Positions 8,645-20,046 of a DNA stretch of 64,000 nucleotides are shown one piece after another. The notes beneath the pieces were generated by a model. That model was not told the DNA's origin. It did no database searches and worked only from the letters and a program-made list of their open reading frames with translations. Origin of the DNA: an uncultured delta proteobacterium (GTDB taxonomy: Bacteria > Myxococcota > B64-G9); the NCBI GenBank assembly GCA_963754925.1, contig CAVWHX010000004.1:1088001-1152000 (forward strand), written 5' to 3'. Position numbers and translations under genes: made by a program. Position 1 is the stretch's first letter. Each line of letters opens with the position of its first letter.

Positions 8645-11600
8645 ATGCAAGGGGTAAGTAGTTGTATTGGGGTTGACATAGGGGCCCTATTCATCAAAGC
8701 GGTCAGATTGAGCAGTTCGGGGACTGTTCTTTTTAGCACCTACTCTCAACATAAAGGGGATCCGGCGAAAGCCTTTGAGGAGGTGTTGACAAATCTGAAA
8801 ATCAAAGAAGTTGAACCGATCGGTGTAACCGGTTCGGCCTCAAGATTAATCGCCGCTACCCTGGGTGTGCCACACCTTGATATCACCCAGTGCCAAATTG
8901 AGGCCATACGCCACCTTCTACCTGACGCCAGGTTAATAATGGATATTGGCGGGGGTTCAGCTACTCTCATCCAGCTTGATGGTGATGGACAATTTCAAGG
9001 CTACGCAACCAACTCATCCTGTGCAGCGGGCACGGGATCGTTTCTTGATGAGCAAGCGTCGCGGCTCGGTATTTCATATGCCGATGTTCAGGGTTTCAAC
9101 TATGTCGAAGACCCGCCTTCGATAGCCACTCGTTGTTCGGTATTTGCAAAAAGTGATCTCATCCACCGTCAGCAGGAAGGCTACAGCAAAGCCGCGATGT
9201 GGTCAGGGTTGTGCAAGGGGATGACCCGCACACTGCTTGCCACGCTGCTCAACGGCAAGCCGCTGGACGAACAGGTGGCGGTGATTGGCGGGGTGGCCCA
9301 AAATCGCGAGGTGTTGCGTTGGTTGCATCAGAGCGCGCCGGAATGCATCCAGGTTCCGACCGCACCGCATCTGGTGGCCGCTATCGGCGCCGCGCGTCTT
9401 GCCACCAAAACGGATGCGCATGCCTCGCATTCTCTCATTGCCGGCACCATCGGCGATCCCGAGCAAAGCCGCTATCCGTGGCCGCTCACCTTAGAAAAAT
9501 CCCGGTTTCCTTCTTTCGAGACGGCCGAGAGCTATCTTGACGAGAGCCAAAATGAGATTCGCATCAACAGCTGGCCGCAACGTAAAACCGTAAGCGGGTA
9601 TTTGGGGATCGACATCGGCTCGACCAGCACCAAGCTGGTTCTGATGGATGACCAGGAGCAGGTGCTGCTGGATATATACCGAAAGACGTCAGGCGACCCT
9701 ATCGGCGCGACCAAGCTGCTCTTCCAGGCATTACGCGAGGCTGCGGACCGCAGAGGCGTACGGCTCGATATTCAGGGTGTGGGCACCACCGGCAGCGGGC
9801 GTAAGCTGGTTGGCAATGTGCTCGGCGCCGACGCCATTATCAACGAGATTTCGGCGCATGTCGCCGGCGCGCTTAAGCACGGACGCGAACATCGACACCA
9901 TCTTTGAAATCGGCGGCCAGGACTCCAAATACATGTACATTCAGGACGGCCATATCTGCGACGCCAACATGAACTACGTATGCGCCGCCGGCACCGGCTC
10001 GTTTGTGGAAGAGCAGGCCAATAAACTCGGCTATCCGGTGCACAAGGTTGGCGAGGCCGTGCTGGGACTGTGCCCGCCCCGCACGAGCGATCGCTGTACC
10101 GTGTTTATGGAGCAGGATGTCGCCCGCTTGATCCAGCTGGGCTTCAGCCCGGAGGAAGCACTGGCCGGGGTGATGGTATCGGTCGTGAAGAACTACCTCA
10201 ACAAGGTGGTCGGCAACCGTCCGCGCAGCCGCCGCAGGATCTTCTTTCAAGGCGCCACGGCCCGTAATCCAGCCCTGGTCGCGGCCTTTGAGCGCGTGTT
10301 GGGGGTACCGATGGTGGTCTCCCCCTACTGTCATGTGATGGGCGCTTACGGCGTCGCGCTGGTTACCCGCCGATTGATGCAGGAAAAAGGTCAGAACAAA
10401 TCCACCTTCCGGGGACTGGATCTCGATAAGCGCGCCATTTCGATTCGCTCGGAGAAGTGTCGGTTGTGCCAGAACGATTGCCACATCACCGTTGCCGAGA
10501 TCGAAGGGATACCCGAGACCCCGTCCTGGGGGTATATGTGCGGACGCGATCCCGAAGAGACCAAGGTGCGAACCAACCCACATGAACAGCCGCTGCGTCT
10601 GCGGCAGAAGCTGTGGCGCGAAGCCGGTGCTGGTATAGCCGTCGATGAGCATGCCCCGGTGGTGGGTATTCCCCAGGCGCTGACAACCTATACGTACCTG
10701 CCGCTCTGGCGAACTTTTCTCAACCGTTTGGGGTTCAAGGTCGAACTCTCCGGGACCACCACCCTTGCGACTCGCGGGCAGGGCACGCGCATAAGCGGCG
10801 CCGAATTTTGCTTTCCAGCGAAAGCCGCTATCGGTCATGTCGCGACCCTTGCCAGCCGCGAAGGAGTCGACTTCATTTGGCTACCGCACCTGGTTAGCGA
10901 GGCCCCCAGCAAGCAAACCACCGGGTCCAAGTTTTGCCCCTATGTGCAAGCGTTTCCGGCATATGTCCGGACTTCTCTCACCCTCAATGGGATGGACGTT
11001 TCGCGTTTGCTCAGTCCGGTTATCGATCTGCGGCTCTCGGAGCGCCGTCAGCTCAACCTCCTTTTCGAATCTCTGTCCGCGCCGTTGCACTGCACGTATG
11101 CGCAGATTCGAGATGCGTGGCGAAAAGCACTCGCCTGCCAGCGGGAATTTGAGCGGCGCTGCCAGGCGGAAGGTCAGCGTATCATGGCCGAGGCACGGCG
11201 CAACGGTGAGAAACTCTTGGTGCTCATAGGCAGGCCCTACAACAACTTCGATAGCGGCCTTAACCTGGGTTTGCCCGTGAGGCTCGCCGAACACGGCAGG
11301 ACCGTCATTCCACTCGAGTTTTTAGGCGCCAACCTAGGGCGGTTGGGGAAGCGTTACCAAAACAGCTATTGGAGCTATGGTCAAAAGATCTTGTCGGCGC
11401 TTGAGCAGATTGCTTCGAGCGATTGGTTGGATGTGGTGTATCTGACGAATTTCAACTGCGGCCCGGACAGCTTTTTGCTGAGCTACGCGCACGAGATTCT
11501 CGGCAACCGTCCGTTTCTAGCGTTGGAGCTCGACGAGCATGGCGCCGATGCCGGCTATCTCACTCGGGTCGAGGCGTTCTTCGATGTTCTGCAGCGCCCC

Positions 11601-12869
11601 GGTACCACGCCAAAAGAGCGTCGGCCGTATCGCCCCGAGTCCGACCACCTCAAGGATCGCACCCTGTGGTTGCCGCCCATGCATCAGCTCGGCACGCCTC
11701 TCCTTGCCGCTGCCTTTCGGCGACACGGTTTTGACGCGCGGCCCCTCCCGCCCGAGGACCAGGAAGCCTTTGAGCTGGGTCGTTCGGTTACCCGCGGGGC
11801 CGAATGTCTCCCTACCTCCTTGACCATTGGCGCGCTCCTGAAGACGTTGCGCGGCCACCGGAACGGGAACCGGCACGCCTTTTTTATGCCTACCGCCGAA
11901 GGGCCCTGCCGATTTGGCCAGTACTGCCTCCTGCATCGCCAGGTGCTCGACCGCATGGGATATTCTGATGTGGCCATCATTTCCCCATCAAGCTTCAACA
12001 GCTACCAGGGACTTAAGGAGTCCCTGCGCCGCGATCTGTGGAAGGCGACGCTCGCCAGCGACATTCTCTACAAGGCCATTCTTAAGGTTCGTCCCTACGA
12101 GCGGGAGCCTGGCACCACTAACCACGTTTTGGATGAAGAGCGGCGTCGGCTCGAAGAGCGCATCGCCGCAGGAAGCGATATCCACGCGGCGCTTGAGCGT
12201 TCGATACAGCGGGTAGCATCGATACCGCGACGGGACGAGCCAAAACCGCTGGTCGGCGTGGTTGGCGAGATCTACGTTCGGTGCAACTCGTTTGCCAACG
12301 AAGATGTCATCGGGGCAATCGAGCGCTTCGGGGGCGAGGCCTGGCTCGTGCCGATGTCCGAGTGGATTATGTATACCACCGCATGCCAGGGGATTTCGTT
12401 CAGGGATCGCTCGCGTAACTTCATCAAACGCTGGGTGTCCCAACTTAAGAATCGCTATGTCATGAACCAAGAGAAGCACTTCACGGCAGCGGGGGGGCAG
12501 TTACTTGCCGACCGCCACGAGCCGCCCATCATGGAGGTTCTCGACAACGGGACGAAGTTCCTACCCATCAACTTCGAGGGCGAGGCAATTTTAACCGTCG
12601 GTCGTTCGATCTCCTTTGCACGCCAGGGAGCGGCGCTCGTGGTTAATTGCGCTCCCTTCGGGTGTATGCCGGGAACCATCAGCACGGCCATCTTCCGTCA
12701 GCTCTCTGCGCAAATAGGAATTCCGCTCGTAAACCTCTTCTACGACGGCCAAGGCAATCAGAACGCCCGGCTGGAAGTGTTTCTTTTGAACGCCATCCAG
12801 AAGATGCGTGCTGCTCGCCTCTCGCTGCCGGCCGCCCAGAAGCCGTCTGCCGCACACGTAGCGGCGTAG
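8645..12869 (+). CDS. 2-hydroxyacyl-CoA dehydratase activase x2 + DUF2229/dehydratase fusion (PlsAR/Ger-like), copy 1, +1 frameshift near 9875
   Basis: GVDIG/GIDIGSTSTK ASKHA motifs, CAAGTG x2, RCSVFAKSD, CxxCxNxC, CFPAK, FNCGPDSF, LELDEH, GPCRFGQY, PFGCMPG. Removing one base in CTTAAGC restores HVAGALSTDANIDTIFEIGG (~1407 aa). Confidence 0.85.
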
Positions 12870-12930
12870 AATGGCATAAATAGTTATTTATCGAGACGAC
12901 TGATATTGAGAAGCAACCAGGATGAATAGT

Positions 12931-13521
12931 TTATTTACAAAGAACCGATTCAGCTCTTCTTAACCACAGCTTCAAGGAGTGAGCATCATCGGGAATTGTA
13001 TTTAGGTTGGCTTTTTCTACCAGTTCGACCATCGCACGCGTATCTTTTTCTTTTACTCCAAGTTCAGCGAGAACCTCTTCTCGTCTACGAATATCTTCTG
13101 ATTTCGTCTTGCCACAAAGCGCCACAAGCCACGATTCCAATCGTTCTATGGCAACACCGCCAATGATTGCTGGTCCGGTAGGATGATCCTCTTTGGCTTT
13201 TGTGATGCCTTCCTCGACATCTTTTTCGCGCTGCGAATTACGATCACGGTCTCTTGCGAATGCTACAGCTTGGCATTGGTGTTCCTTGGCGAATAAGACC
13301 AAGCCTCTGATGTTTCTAACCTCTACGTTGCCGTGTTCATTGATTCGTAATTTTCGAATGCGCTTCCAAGCAATCGCTTCAACTACTTGCCAGCCATCGG
13401 GGCATACCCGCCGAAGAAGCGTCTCTATCACTCCAGGAAATGCTGGATCACGATACGGAGCTTCTCTTGCCCAACTTCCCAATTCGTTGGGTCCCTCTCC
13501 GGCAAGAAAGATGCGGATCAT
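12931..13521 (-). CDS. TOPRIM-like (DUF4276/RloB-like) protein
   Basis: N-terminal IFLAGEGPNE, central FARDRDRN (DxD), AIERLESWLVA; AT-rich; coupled to the upstream ATPase. Confidence 0.6.
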   Translation of the reverse strand: MIRIFLAGEGPNELGSWAREAPYRDPAFPGVIETLLRRVCPDGWQVVEAIAWKRIRKLRINEHGNVEVRNIRGLVLFAKEHQCQAVAFARDRDRNSQREKDVEEGITKAKEDHPTGPAIIGGVAIERLESWLVALCGKTKSEDIRRREEVLAELGVKEKDTRAMVELVEKANLNTIPDDAHSLKLWLRRAESVLCK

Positions 13522-14609
13522 CAGATGTGCTCCGACCCCGTAAGCAGCGGCTTTTCATCATCACCATTGGCATAACTGACCCATAATTCCCCTAATGCAT
13601 AGACCTTTGATCGCTCCTCAAAATTTGGTGTTTCAGAAATAGCTCTTGTTTCGGTGCCCCTATCTTTATCTCTTGTCACAACCGTCACCTCATTCCCTTG
13701 CAACTCATTTATTACCAATGGGCTGTGGGTGGCGATGAGAACCTGCGTCTTTTTTGAAATTTCTCTGAGGACCTGCATGATGTCCTTGATTCTGGCAGGA
13801 TGCAGTCCATTTTCAGGCTCCTCGACCAATAACAGGGAAGTTGGTGAAAGATAGGGGATCGCAGCAAAAGCCAGGTAGTAAAGCAACCCTTCGCTCAAGA
13901 ATTGAGCAGGGACGCTCTGACCGTCATTGAGTTCGACACCTAACGATTTTAAATCGGTACTCTCGTTACGAAGCTGAACATTCTTAATAGTTGGAAAAAG
14001 CTTTTTTACATCTTCAACAATCTTCCGGTAATCATCGTCTCCACGGTTACGGATGGCATCGTACACACCAGGAAGACGAAACCCTCGCTCGTCTTTGAAA
14101 TCCACTATCTCGTTGTCTGGAATGAGCTTGCTTGGTTGGCGAAGCGCATCAGGATCAAAACGTACTAGCCGAGCGCCGGAAATCTGCAGCCACTTTTCAT
14201 ATGGTTCTCTAGAGATAGAATATAGTCCAATTTGAGACATGTTGTCTATCAACTGGTTATGAATATATAATTCTTCTTTATCTTGTTCTTCTGGATTTCG
14301 AGTAATTCTGTATAATACAGGGCTTCCTAATAGTTTATAACCAATTTGAACCTCATCATTTTTTTCTCTATTTTCAACAATTGAATCAAATGGCAGAGCT
14401 TTTTTAGCCCCACGAAATGGAACACCAGAAGCCATTCTATAACCTGACTGTGACGAAGCTTGAACCACATTCTTTTCTGCGCGTAGCAACGTGCTTTTTC
14501 CACTATCATTGGGGCCGATGAATGCGTGCAGAGGCGTTAATTTCACGTTGACTTTTTTCAGGCAACCAAAGTTCGTCACTCCAAGGGATTCGATAAATGC
14601 AGTGGTCAT
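13521..14609 (-). CDS. ABC/AAA_21-type ATPase (AbiEii/OLD-like ATPase domain)
   Basis: NFGCLK, Walker A GPNDSGKST, signature LSEG, Walker B LLVEEPENGLHP, H-loop IATHSP; AT-rich. Confidence 0.88.
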   Translation of the reverse strand: MTTAFIESLGVTNFGCLKKVNVKLTPLHAFIGPNDSGKSTLLRAEKNVVQASSQSGYRMASGVPFRGAKKALPFDSIVENREKNDEVQIGYKLLGSPVLYRITRNPEEQDKEELYIHNQLIDNMSQIGLYSISREPYEKWLQISGARLVRFDPDALRQPSKLIPDNEIVDFKDERGFRLPGVYDAIRNRGDDDYRKIVEDVKKLFPTIKNVQLRNESTDLKSLGVELNDGQSVPAQFLSEGLLYYLAFAAIPYLSPTSLLLVEEPENGLHPARIKDIMQVLREISKKTQVLIATHSPLVINELQGNEVTVVTRDKDRGTETRAISETPNFEERSKVYALGELWVSYANGDDEKPLLTGSEHI

Positions 14610-14697
14610 GACCACCTCCCAACATGTATACGAGGCAATTTCGCATAGGTTGCAAAAGGGATCAATATATTAGGAAATGGTATTGCAACGCGTATGT

Positions 14698-17600
14698 CTA
14701 AAAAATCCGTTTCGAAACTCTGGTCTGGTTTTGCCTTTTTCTCATATGGGCGCGTTCGCAGAGCGCTTCGAGGCGGGTGTCGGTGTTGGTTTCCTGCAGC
14801 CCGTCAAACGACAAGGTGGCAATGGGCGGCGAGCCGGGCTCCTCGGAAAGCCTCTTGAGGAGCGTGTCCGATACCATGCCGATCATGCAGTTGTGGCAGA
14901 TGGCGTTGATCACCCCGTCGGCGCCGGTATGTATGGCCTCGAGAGCAAGGTTTATGTTTTGGGCCAGGGTGCCGTCCACGTCATGGATGAGCCGGTTCTT
15001 GAGGCGGCGATCAACGGTCCACCACGACCAGCCTCGAAGGTGCACGCCAAAGCCTTCGCCGAAGCCGCGCCTGCTTTGCAGCTTCAAGGCAGTCATCGTC
15101 TGGATGGCGAAAAGCAGAGCGTTTTGAATGGCGGCCTTTTTCTCGCCACGGCGCACGGCGCTCAACACCGATCCGAAACCGTCGTGCCAGAGCGTGTCTG
15201 AAAACATCGGCGGGGTCCGCACGACGCAACCCAGCGCCTCAATGCGGCGGAAGAGGTCGGCGTTGGCAATCGGGCTTATGCGGGTGAAAATATCGCCGAC
15301 CACCGCCACCTGCGGCCGCTCCGGATCGCGGGGCCCGGTGGCGCCCTGGAAACGCTCCCGGCTGCGCTGCAAACAGGCCGCTACCGTTCCCCGAACGATG
15401 GCATCATCGAGGTCCTCGAGGCTTTCGGCGTGAGCTCGATCCACCAGGCCGTTTTTTCGCTCGAACGGCCGGCACTGGGTGCGCAGTTGATTCAGAATCT
15501 CGACCGCGATCATCCCTTCCCAGGCGCGTATCATGGTGGGCAACGAAAAGTAATTGCGGTACTCCGCTCCCGGAGCATCGTCAACCACCACATCGGCAAA
15601 CCCCAACGTGCGTAAGGCCAGCTCGAATCCGGCCGGGAATTGGCTTAGTAAACACGGCCCGGCGGTGGAGAGCAAAAACAAACGCGCCCGCGATAAGTTT
15701 TGATCCGATCGGGAAAGAAACGAAAGTACGTTGCCCAGAAGGTAGGCGAACGGGTTGCATTCACGACCCCAGCTGTGGGCTCGTCCGAGCACGAGCGCTG
15801 CCCGGTCTATCGGCGGCAAAACCCGCGCCTCGACACCTTCACGCTCGAACGCCGCACGCAGGACCAAAGCGTGCTCGGCAAATCGCGGGATATACACGAC
15901 CCGACCGGCCAATACCTTCTGGTGGTGCGGCAGCGGAGTAAAACCTTTTTGACCTGGCGCAGTGCGCGTCGCCACGCTGGCGCTGCCGAGATAGGCCTGC
16001 AAACGGGTGATAAGACCGGCCTCGGCGGTGTGCTCATCCAGCTCGAGCGTCAGGAGCGGCTTCGAACCGCGGTTTTCCTTGAGATAACGCCCGGCGAAAC
16101 TGTCCGGTCCACACCCGAAAGCCGTCACCACCACCGGCAGGAGATGAGGGCGATCGTCAAGCCATTGGATGGTTCGTAAATTATCCCGGCACGCACGCCA
16201 GTACAACCGCGTCCAGCCCTCGCCGAGGGCGATCTGCTCGACGGGGAGCACCTCGGCCGGGATAACGGTAAAGCCGCAGCCGGCGATGCGGGTTGGCAGC
16301 GCAAACGACAACAGCGGATCGTGGAGTTGATACGGCCGGCCAATGAGGACCACGGCGGCTTGGTCTTTGATTTCCAAAAGCGCCTGCCGGCCAATTTCCC
16401 GGAGTCGATCGTGGAAGGCCGCCAAGTTTTTGAAGCCAGCCGCAACCGCCTGCTCGATCTCACCGCGGGTGCAACCGAGCATCCGGCCAAAGTGCCGCCA
16501 CAGCCGCTGGGACTCAGAATTCTGCGGGAACCTGCCGAGGTCGAGGCGCGGGCTCAACAAACGAGCCTTCGGAAATCCTGCCCGAGCAAGATCGGGCAAC
16601 GTCTGTGCGTAGGTGCAGGGTGTCGAGTTGAGGACGTTATGTTCCTCACCGGTCGGAGGCGGCAGACTGGCGTAAGAAGGGAGAAAGATCCAGTCGATCT
16701 GACGATCGACTGCGATCTGACGATCGACTGCGATCTGACGATCGACTGCGACCGCGAGATCGAGTGCGTTTTTTCGATCGAGCGCTGTTTCGTGGCGGTC
16801 GATCAGATTGCGTACATGTCCAATGGCAAGTTTGACCCCGAAGCATTGTTCGGAAAGCACCCCGGCAAGCCCGCGCCGGTACAACTCACGGGTGCTTACC
16901 GTACTCGGTACCAATCGTCGGCCGAGGGTGTTGAAGAATCCTACCCAAAAGGGCATAAGCGGAATGTTCCAGAGCGCGCGCGGGTATCCGATCGCGCCGG
17001 CTGACGGCAGGTTTTCAGGCTGTTTGGTTATGGTCTCGTCAAGCGCGGCCCGGGTGGCCCGCACAAAGCGGGTATGGTGAATGATATCAGCGCGTCGTCC
17101 CTCGTCCTCATACCGATCGCACCCGCCGCCAAAGGCGAGGGCGCGCGTACCGTCCATACGAACCTGGATGACCTCGCACGAGTTGTGACAGTGCGTGCAC
17201 GTAAAGTACTGCGTGGTGGCGCTCGATCGAGCGTTATCAAAGCCAATGAAGGTGCTTGGGCGTGCGGTGGCCCGGTGATGTTCGGCGGCGAGCAGCGCGG
17301 CGCCGACCGCGCCGGTCAGAGCGTGGTATGGATGTACTCGTACTGGTTGGCCGAGAAGGGCTTCAAAAGCCGCCACCACCGCTTCATTGGCGGCCACCCC
17401 GCCCTGAAACCAGATACGCTTGCCGAGCGTGCGACCCTCGACCACGTGCTCGAAATAGTTTTGCGCCACCGAAAATGCAAGTCCGGCCAGTAGATCGTCG
17501 CGGCGGCAACCCTGCTGTTGGTGGTGAATCAAATCCGAATCCATGAACACCGTACAGCGACTGCCCAGCGCTACCGGCAGAGAACTGGAAAACGCCTTGC

Positions 17601-18972
17601 GACTGAATTCGTCGATGAGGTGTACGTTGAGTCGCGCGGCCTGTTCGGCGAGAAACGAACCGGTTCCGGCAGCGCACACTCGGTTTAAGGTAAAGTCGCT
17701 GAGTTTTCCGTTTTCAACCAGGAGCAGCTTGGCGTCCTGCCCACCGATCTCAATAATGGTATCGACCTGCGGATCCAGTGCGAGCGAGGCTTTAAGCTGC
17801 GCGGTAATCTCGTCTTTGACGACATCAGCACGGCAGGCGAGAGCGGCCACCTGACGCCCAGAACCGGTCACCCCACAACCCAGCACGCCGCGCCCGTGAG
17901 ACGCTGCAGCTGCGAGCGTCGCCAGCACCTGCCCCAGGGCGACGAGCGGCCGGCCCTCGGTGGCGACATACTCGTGGGCCACCAACCTGCCCTGGACATC
18001 GAGCAGAACGCCTTTCGTGCTTACCGAACCGAGGTCAAGGCCGAGGTACACTCCGTTGCATGGATCACCGGCCTTTGTCGATACGATTTGGTTGTTTGGC
18101 TGGCGCAGTGGCTTTAAGCGGGCGGTTTGGGGGGCTCGATCCTGGAGCTGTTTTTCAAGATCAACAACACAAACCGACTTAAAGCGTGCCGCCGGAAGCC
18201 GCCTCGCGGTCAGCGCCGCGCCGATGGCGCCCATCACCGCATGGTGCTCCGGCAGCAGCCAATCGCCGTCGGATAGACCGAGCAGCTCGATGAAGGCCCG
18301 GCGCACGCCAGCGTTTTTCGCAACACCGCCGCAGAGGACAATCGGCTTTTTGGGCGCACGGCCATGCAGCAAGTTAGCTATGTAGTTACGGGCAAGCGCG
18401 AAACATAGGCCGGCGGCTATTTCGTCGGGCGAGGCGCCCTCTTGCTGGTGGTGAATCATGTCGCTCTTCGCGAAAACCGCGCAGCGCGAGGCGACCGAGA
18501 CGATATTTTTTGCAGTCGCGGCGATTGACCCGAGCGTGGCTACATTAATGCCCAAGCGCGTGGCTTGCTGATCGAGGAAGGCGCCCGTTCCGGCCGCGCA
18601 TACATCGTTGAAAGCGTGATCAAAGAGGTCGCCACCTTCATCGAGCTGGATGAGCTTTGAATCCTGCCCGCCGATCTCAATAACGGTGCGCGCCCCGGGA
18701 CACAGCGTCGCCACCGCCGTGGCATGGGCTAGAATCTCGCTGGTTGAGGCAACGCCGGGCAGGGTGCTGATCAGGGTTTTTCCACTGCCGGTGGCCACCA
18801 CTCGATCGAACGTTGTACAGCCGGTTTGCTCCTGGAGCTCTTTCAGGCCGGCACGAAGCGCCATAAGCGGCGCTCCAGCGCTTCGGGCATAGGAGACAAA
18901 TCGGATTGAACCGTCATCGGTGAGAACGGCCAGCTTAACACTGACGGACCCGATGTCAAGACCGAGATTCAT
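14698..18972 (-). CDS. 2-hydroxyacyl-CoA dehydratase activase x2 + DUF2229/dehydratase fusion (PlsAR/Ger-like), copy 2
   Basis: 1424 aa; GLDIGSVSVK, EIGGQDSK, CAAGTG x2, CTHCHNSC, EQCFGVK, FGCGPDSF, LELDEH, GRECNP, HNCMIG. Confidence 0.88.
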   Translation of the reverse strand: MNLGLDIGSVSVKLAVLTDDGSIRFVSYARSAGAPLMALRAGLKELQEQTGCTTFDRVVATGSGKTLISTLPGVASTSEILAHATAVATLCPGARTVIEIGGQDSKLIQLDEGGDLFDHAFNDVCAAGTGAFLDQQATRLGINVATLGSIAATAKNIVSVASRCAVFAKSDMIHHQQEGASPDEIAAGLCFALARNYIANLLHGRAPKKPIVLCGGVAKNAGVRRAFIELLGLSDGDWLLPEHHAVMGAIGAALTARRLPAARFKSVCVVDLEKQLQDRAPQTARLKPLRQPNNQIVSTKAGDPCNGVYLGLDLGSVSTKGVLLDVQGRLVAHEYVATEGRPLVALGQVLATLAAAASHGRGVLGCGVTGSGRQVAALACRADVVKDEITAQLKASLALDPQVDTIIEIGGQDAKLLLVENGKLSDFTLNRVCAAGTGSFLAEQAARLNVHLIDEFSRKAFSSSLPVALGSRCTVFMDSDLIHHQQQGCRRDDLLAGLAFSVAQNYFEHVVEGRTLGKRIWFQGGVAANEAVVAAFEALLGQPVRVHPYHALTGAVGAALLAAEHHRATARPSTFIGFDNARSSATTQYFTCTHCHNSCEVIQVRMDGTRALAFGGGCDRYEDEGRRADIIHHTRFVRATRAALDETITKQPENLPSAGAIGYPRALWNIPLMPFWVGFFNTLGRRLVPSTVSTRELYRRGLAGVLSEQCFGVKLAIGHVRNLIDRHETALDRKNALDLAVAVDRQIAVDRQIAVDRQIDWIFLPSYASLPPPTGEEHNVLNSTPCTYAQTLPDLARAGFPKARLLSPRLDLGRFPQNSESQRLWRHFGRMLGCTRGEIEQAVAAGFKNLAAFHDRLREIGRQALLEIKDQAAVVLIGRPYQLHDPLLSFALPTRIAGCGFTVIPAEVLPVEQIALGEGWTRLYWRACRDNLRTIQWLDDRPHLLPVVVTAFGCGPDSFAGRYLKENRGSKPLLTLELDEHTAEAGLITRLQAYLGSASVATRTAPGQKGFTPLPHHQKVLAGRVVYIPRFAEHALVLRAAFEREGVEARVLPPIDRAALVLGRAHSWGRECNPFAYLLGNVLSFLSRSDQNLSRARLFLLSTAGPCLLSQFPAGFELALRTLGFADVVVDDAPGAEYRNYFSLPTMIRAWEGMIAVEILNQLRTQCRPFERKNGLVDRAHAESLEDLDDAIVRGTVAACLQRSRERFQGATGPRDPERPQVAVVGDIFTRISPIANADLFRRIEALGCVVRTPPMFSDTLWHDGFGSVLSAVRRGEKKAAIQNALLFAIQTMTALKLQSRRGFGEGFGVHLRGWSWWTVDRRLKNRLIHDVDGTLAQNINLALEAIHTGADGVINAICHNCMIGMVSDTLLKRLSEEPGSPPIATLSFDGLQETNTDTRLEALCERAHMRKRQNQTRVSKRIF
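16694..16752. repeat. 18 bp tandem repeat x3 within CDS (VDRQIA)3
   Basis: CGATCTGACGATCGACTG repeated three times, in frame. Confidence 0.9.
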
Positions 18973-19006
18973 AGCGGCCGATACTTCAGGTTAAGAAGAG
19001 CTGATG

Positions 19007-19955
19007 TTACAATTGGACGCGGTATGCGGCGCCAATGATGAGCGAAAACCAATTCGCTCTAGCATCGTTAAGATCCGGGAATCCCGTGTCCACAAAGAGA
19101 TCGAGATCTCCAATGAGGGTATACTGTACCCTTAACGTAAGCGGGATAAGGGTTCCGCCGGTATCCTCTCGAGCCTTGACGTGGAACCCCGTCGTGAGAC
19201 GAAACCCCAAGGGCTCAATTGGCTGGACCAGCACACCCATATCGAAGTTATAGAGAAATGCGCCAAAGCCATTGCCGACCTGAAAACCCATTCCGGTTCC
19301 TGCCACTACTGCAAATACGTCATGTATTTTGAACTTGGCGAGACCGTCCACCAGCATCCAGAAATTACCGTATGGTCCGTCGTAGAGGTCATTATCAAAG
19401 TGTGTGTTGAACGTAATCCGAGCAGCGACCCGAAGCCTGTCTTCAAAAAAAGGGCCGAACTCATAGAGCCCGTAAATAGGTATGCGGCCGGCGTGAACCT
19501 CGGGTGAAAGCGATATGGGGAGACGTTGAATATTTTCCTCATACATCGGGGTATCGAAGATCCCGATGCCGATTTCAAAATGATCGGCCGGACTAAAAGA
19601 TACGGCAAGGTCAATGCCCACCACGTTGTTGTATGACGCGGTGCCCCTTTTTAAGTTTAAAGAAATTCATCCCGAGATCGGCTTCAGGTCTAATCATCAG
19701 TCGCGGCATCGCCAGGGGTCTATCGACCTCACTGATGGGATAGGTGTTCGTGGTCACCTGAGGAACCGGCATGAGAATTGGCTCGGGTTCGGTTGCCGGG
19801 GGTTTTTCAGTGGTTACACCCTGGGATTCGTTGGTGACGCCTTGAGATTCGCTGGCTGCGCCCTGAGTTTCGGTGTTTGCGTCTTGAGCGACGACCAACG
19901 GGCTCACCATCCAGCAAACGATTCCTGACAGAAGAATAACGATACTTTTTTTCAT
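19007..19955 (-). CDS. Exported probable outer-membrane beta-barrel protein, +1 frameshift in homopolymer near 19644-19652
   Basis: Signal peptide MKKSIVILLS..VVA; DRPLAMP motif; alternating aromatic beta strands ending AAYRVQL. Removing one base from AAAAAGGGG joins ORFs 19611..20012 and 19007..19624 (KKGTASYNNVVGIDL). Confidence 0.7.
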
Positions 19956-20046
19956 GATAGCACCTCCCTCAATGGACAACACTGCCGGTCTGGCGTCACC
20001 AAGCCAAAACACTACCCGTACCCTCAGCCACCAGTTTATGGGGTAA

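Noticed and set aside
9648..9907. Programmed frameshift between two CoA-activase ORFs
   Set aside because: No slippery heptamer; the break falls mid-domain; the paralogue is continuous; similar indels occur elsewhere in the window.
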